This document shows positions 62,851-64,000 of a stretch of DNA of 64,000 nt, in pieces (position 1 is the stretch's first letter; each line of letters opens with the position of its first letter). The position numbers were made by a program, and so were the translations under genes. Location of the stretch: IMG/VR virus record IMGVR_UViG_3300014720_000002; one strand, given 5' to 3'. The notes under the pieces were generated by a model. The model was not told the DNA's origin. It saw only the letters and a list, made by a program, of their open reading frames with translations, and did not search any database. The stretch comes from a virus.

Positions 62851-63158
62851 ACACCTTGTCCCCATCGTCTCGGCTGGAGGTTGCATTCGTGCTGGTCAAG
62901 CAGGCCGGTGCTTTGAACTGGCTGGCCCGCGGCGCTCGTGCTCTGCGCGGCACCATGAATGTCCCCATCGGGCGCACCCTCAACCCAGATCTCAGCGAGA
63001 TGGTCCTGCGCCAGCCCAAGACCAACTGGTTGCCGCGCAGTCTGCGTCCGGCGCCTAAGAAGCTGCCCATCGCACCAGACGGCGGTGATTCCGTTTTCCG
63101 TCCTCAAGCTCCTGCAACTGGTGGCTTGCCTTTTGAGCGTCCGCCTGGCAGTCTTTGA
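62847..63158 (+). CDS. Small basic protein
   Basis: GTGA overlap; VKQAG motif. Confidence 0.5.
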   Translation: MNTLSPSSRLEVAFVLVKQAGALNWLARGARALRGTMNVPIGRTLNPDLSEMVLRQPKTNWLPRSLRPAPKKLPIAPDGGDSVFRPQAPATGGLPFERPPGSL

Positions 63159-63243
63159 ACCGTCAACACTTTGAGGGGAATCCTCAAGCCCAGCGCCGGC
63201 TGTTCCGGCGGTGGTGAGTCAACAGTAGAAACGAAGCACACAA

Positions 63244-63789
63244 ATGCCTACTTACGGTGAATACCGGCGTTCAGTGCCCCGCGTCAACGTCCGTCGTGGT
63301 TACCACGGCAACGAGACCAGCGGCCTGACCCGCACCGCCAAGCCCAAGGCGAATGAAAGCATCCAGTCCGGTCAACTCATCTCCCTCGACAGCAATGGCG
63401 AGTGGGTCAAGGGTGTGGCCGCTGGCAAGGAACCGTTCATCGCGTTCCATGACCAGGCCGACACGGATGTTCAGTCGTCAGGGCTGCTTCTCGGGCTCTC
63501 ATGCGCCGGGGATTACGTGATCGAAACAGGCTGGTTCGTGGCCGCGTCCGTCTATGCCGAGGGCACTCCCCTCATGGCCGCGACGGGTGGCGACGCTGGA
63601 TCAGTGAACGTGGCCACCGATGGCTATGCTGGAACCACCGACATCGTTGGCGTCGTCTCGCACGGCGGCAAGCAGAACGTCGCGGCGGTCAACAGCCAGG
63701 CCGCCGCCACCGTCGTCAGCAGCGTGCTCACGCTCAATGTGCTGACGTTCACGACCCGCTGGATCCCGCATCGCGCGGATCAGGCTTAA
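63244..63789 (+). CDS. Putative head decoration protein
   Basis: Beta-rich, immediately upstream of the capsid gene; GQLISLDSNG..VK pattern. Confidence 0.6.
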   Translation: MPTYGEYRRSVPRVNVRRGYHGNETSGLTRTAKPKANESIQSGQLISLDSNGEWVKGVAAGKEPFIAFHDQADTDVQSSGLLLGLSCAGDYVIETGWFVAASVYAEGTPLMAATGGDAGSVNVATDGYAGTTDIVGVVSHGGKQNVAAVNSQAAATVVSSVLTLNVLTFTTRWIPHRADQA

Positions 63790-63818
63790 TGCCCTGAACC
63801 CAGAAAGGACTCACTACC

Positions 63819-64000
63819 ATGAATCCCCAGACTCAAGATCCAGTGGAAAACATCCAGGAACTGAACCAGAAACTTCTGGCGCAGATCGTGGAATCGCAGG
63901 ACGGCGAGGTCAAGCAGGCGAGCGCGGCCGGATCGAACATGATCCGCCGCAAGATCCGCGAGGAAGGTTTCCTCCGCCGGATCATCCCCGAGCAGACCGC
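63819..64000 (+). CDS. Major capsid protein, N-terminal 60 aa (truncated by window edge)
   Basis: MNPQTQDPVENIQELNQKLLAQIVESQDGEVKQASAAGSNMIRRKIREEGFLRRIIPEQT; position after protease/scaffold/decoration-like genes; GAAAGGA upstream. Confidence 0.6.
   Translation, partial: MNPQTQDPVENIQELNQKLLAQIVESQDGEVKQASAAGSNMIRRKIREEGFLRRIIPEQT

Noticed and set aside
1-64000. Diversity-generating retroelement or other RT system as the source of the arrays
   Set aside because: No reverse transcriptase motif and no template/variable repeat pair with A-specific differences seen in this window; an RT elsewhere in the genome cannot be excluded.
1-64000. Stop-codon reassignment (common in some large phages)
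   Set aside because: Genes tile tightly under the standard code, with TGA, TAA and TAG all used as stops and many ATGA/TGATG overlaps.
1-64000. tRNA or rRNA genes
   Set aside because: No cloverleaf with T-loop consensus or rRNA-like segment found by eye in the few intergenic gaps; tRNAscan/Aragorn would be needed to exclude them.

Overview
A 64-kb, GC-rich segment of a large tailed-phage (jumbo-phage-like) genome; essentially all real genes are on the + strand. About 0.6-23.2 kb is a dense run of about 55 small, stop/start-overlapping early-type genes. Most are hypothetical, but they include an ADP-ribosyltransferase-fold protein, a SWIM finger, a SAM-methyltransferase-like protein, a RelA/SpoT-type HD hydrolase, a Lar-like finger and a MYG1-family hydrolase. 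From about 23.7 kb the genes are larger: GT-A glycosyltransferase, two peptidases, an ATP-grasp fusion, two separate pieces of a multisubunit RNA polymerase beta-prime subunit (each interrupted by a LAGLIDADG intein in a catalytic element), lipoprotein/membrane genes, HNH, tail fibre plus partner, dNMP kinase, a kinase-less PAS/receiver cluster, glycine-zipper proteins, and a head module (protease-like, scaffold-like, decoration-like, start of the major capsid protein). The most unusual signal is four intergenic arrays in which nearly every 5th base is G (NNNG[C/T]) with a +1 slip about every 36 nt, giving a mean period of about 5.15 nt (about 10.3 nt per two units). Also notable are a family of ~40-nt hairpins followed by CTTT(T)A, and a K-x-A motif recurring at N-termini and domain borders of late proteins, including the capsid protein and the polymerase fusion. 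All assignments come from motif recognition by eye and all counts are manual; no searches were run.
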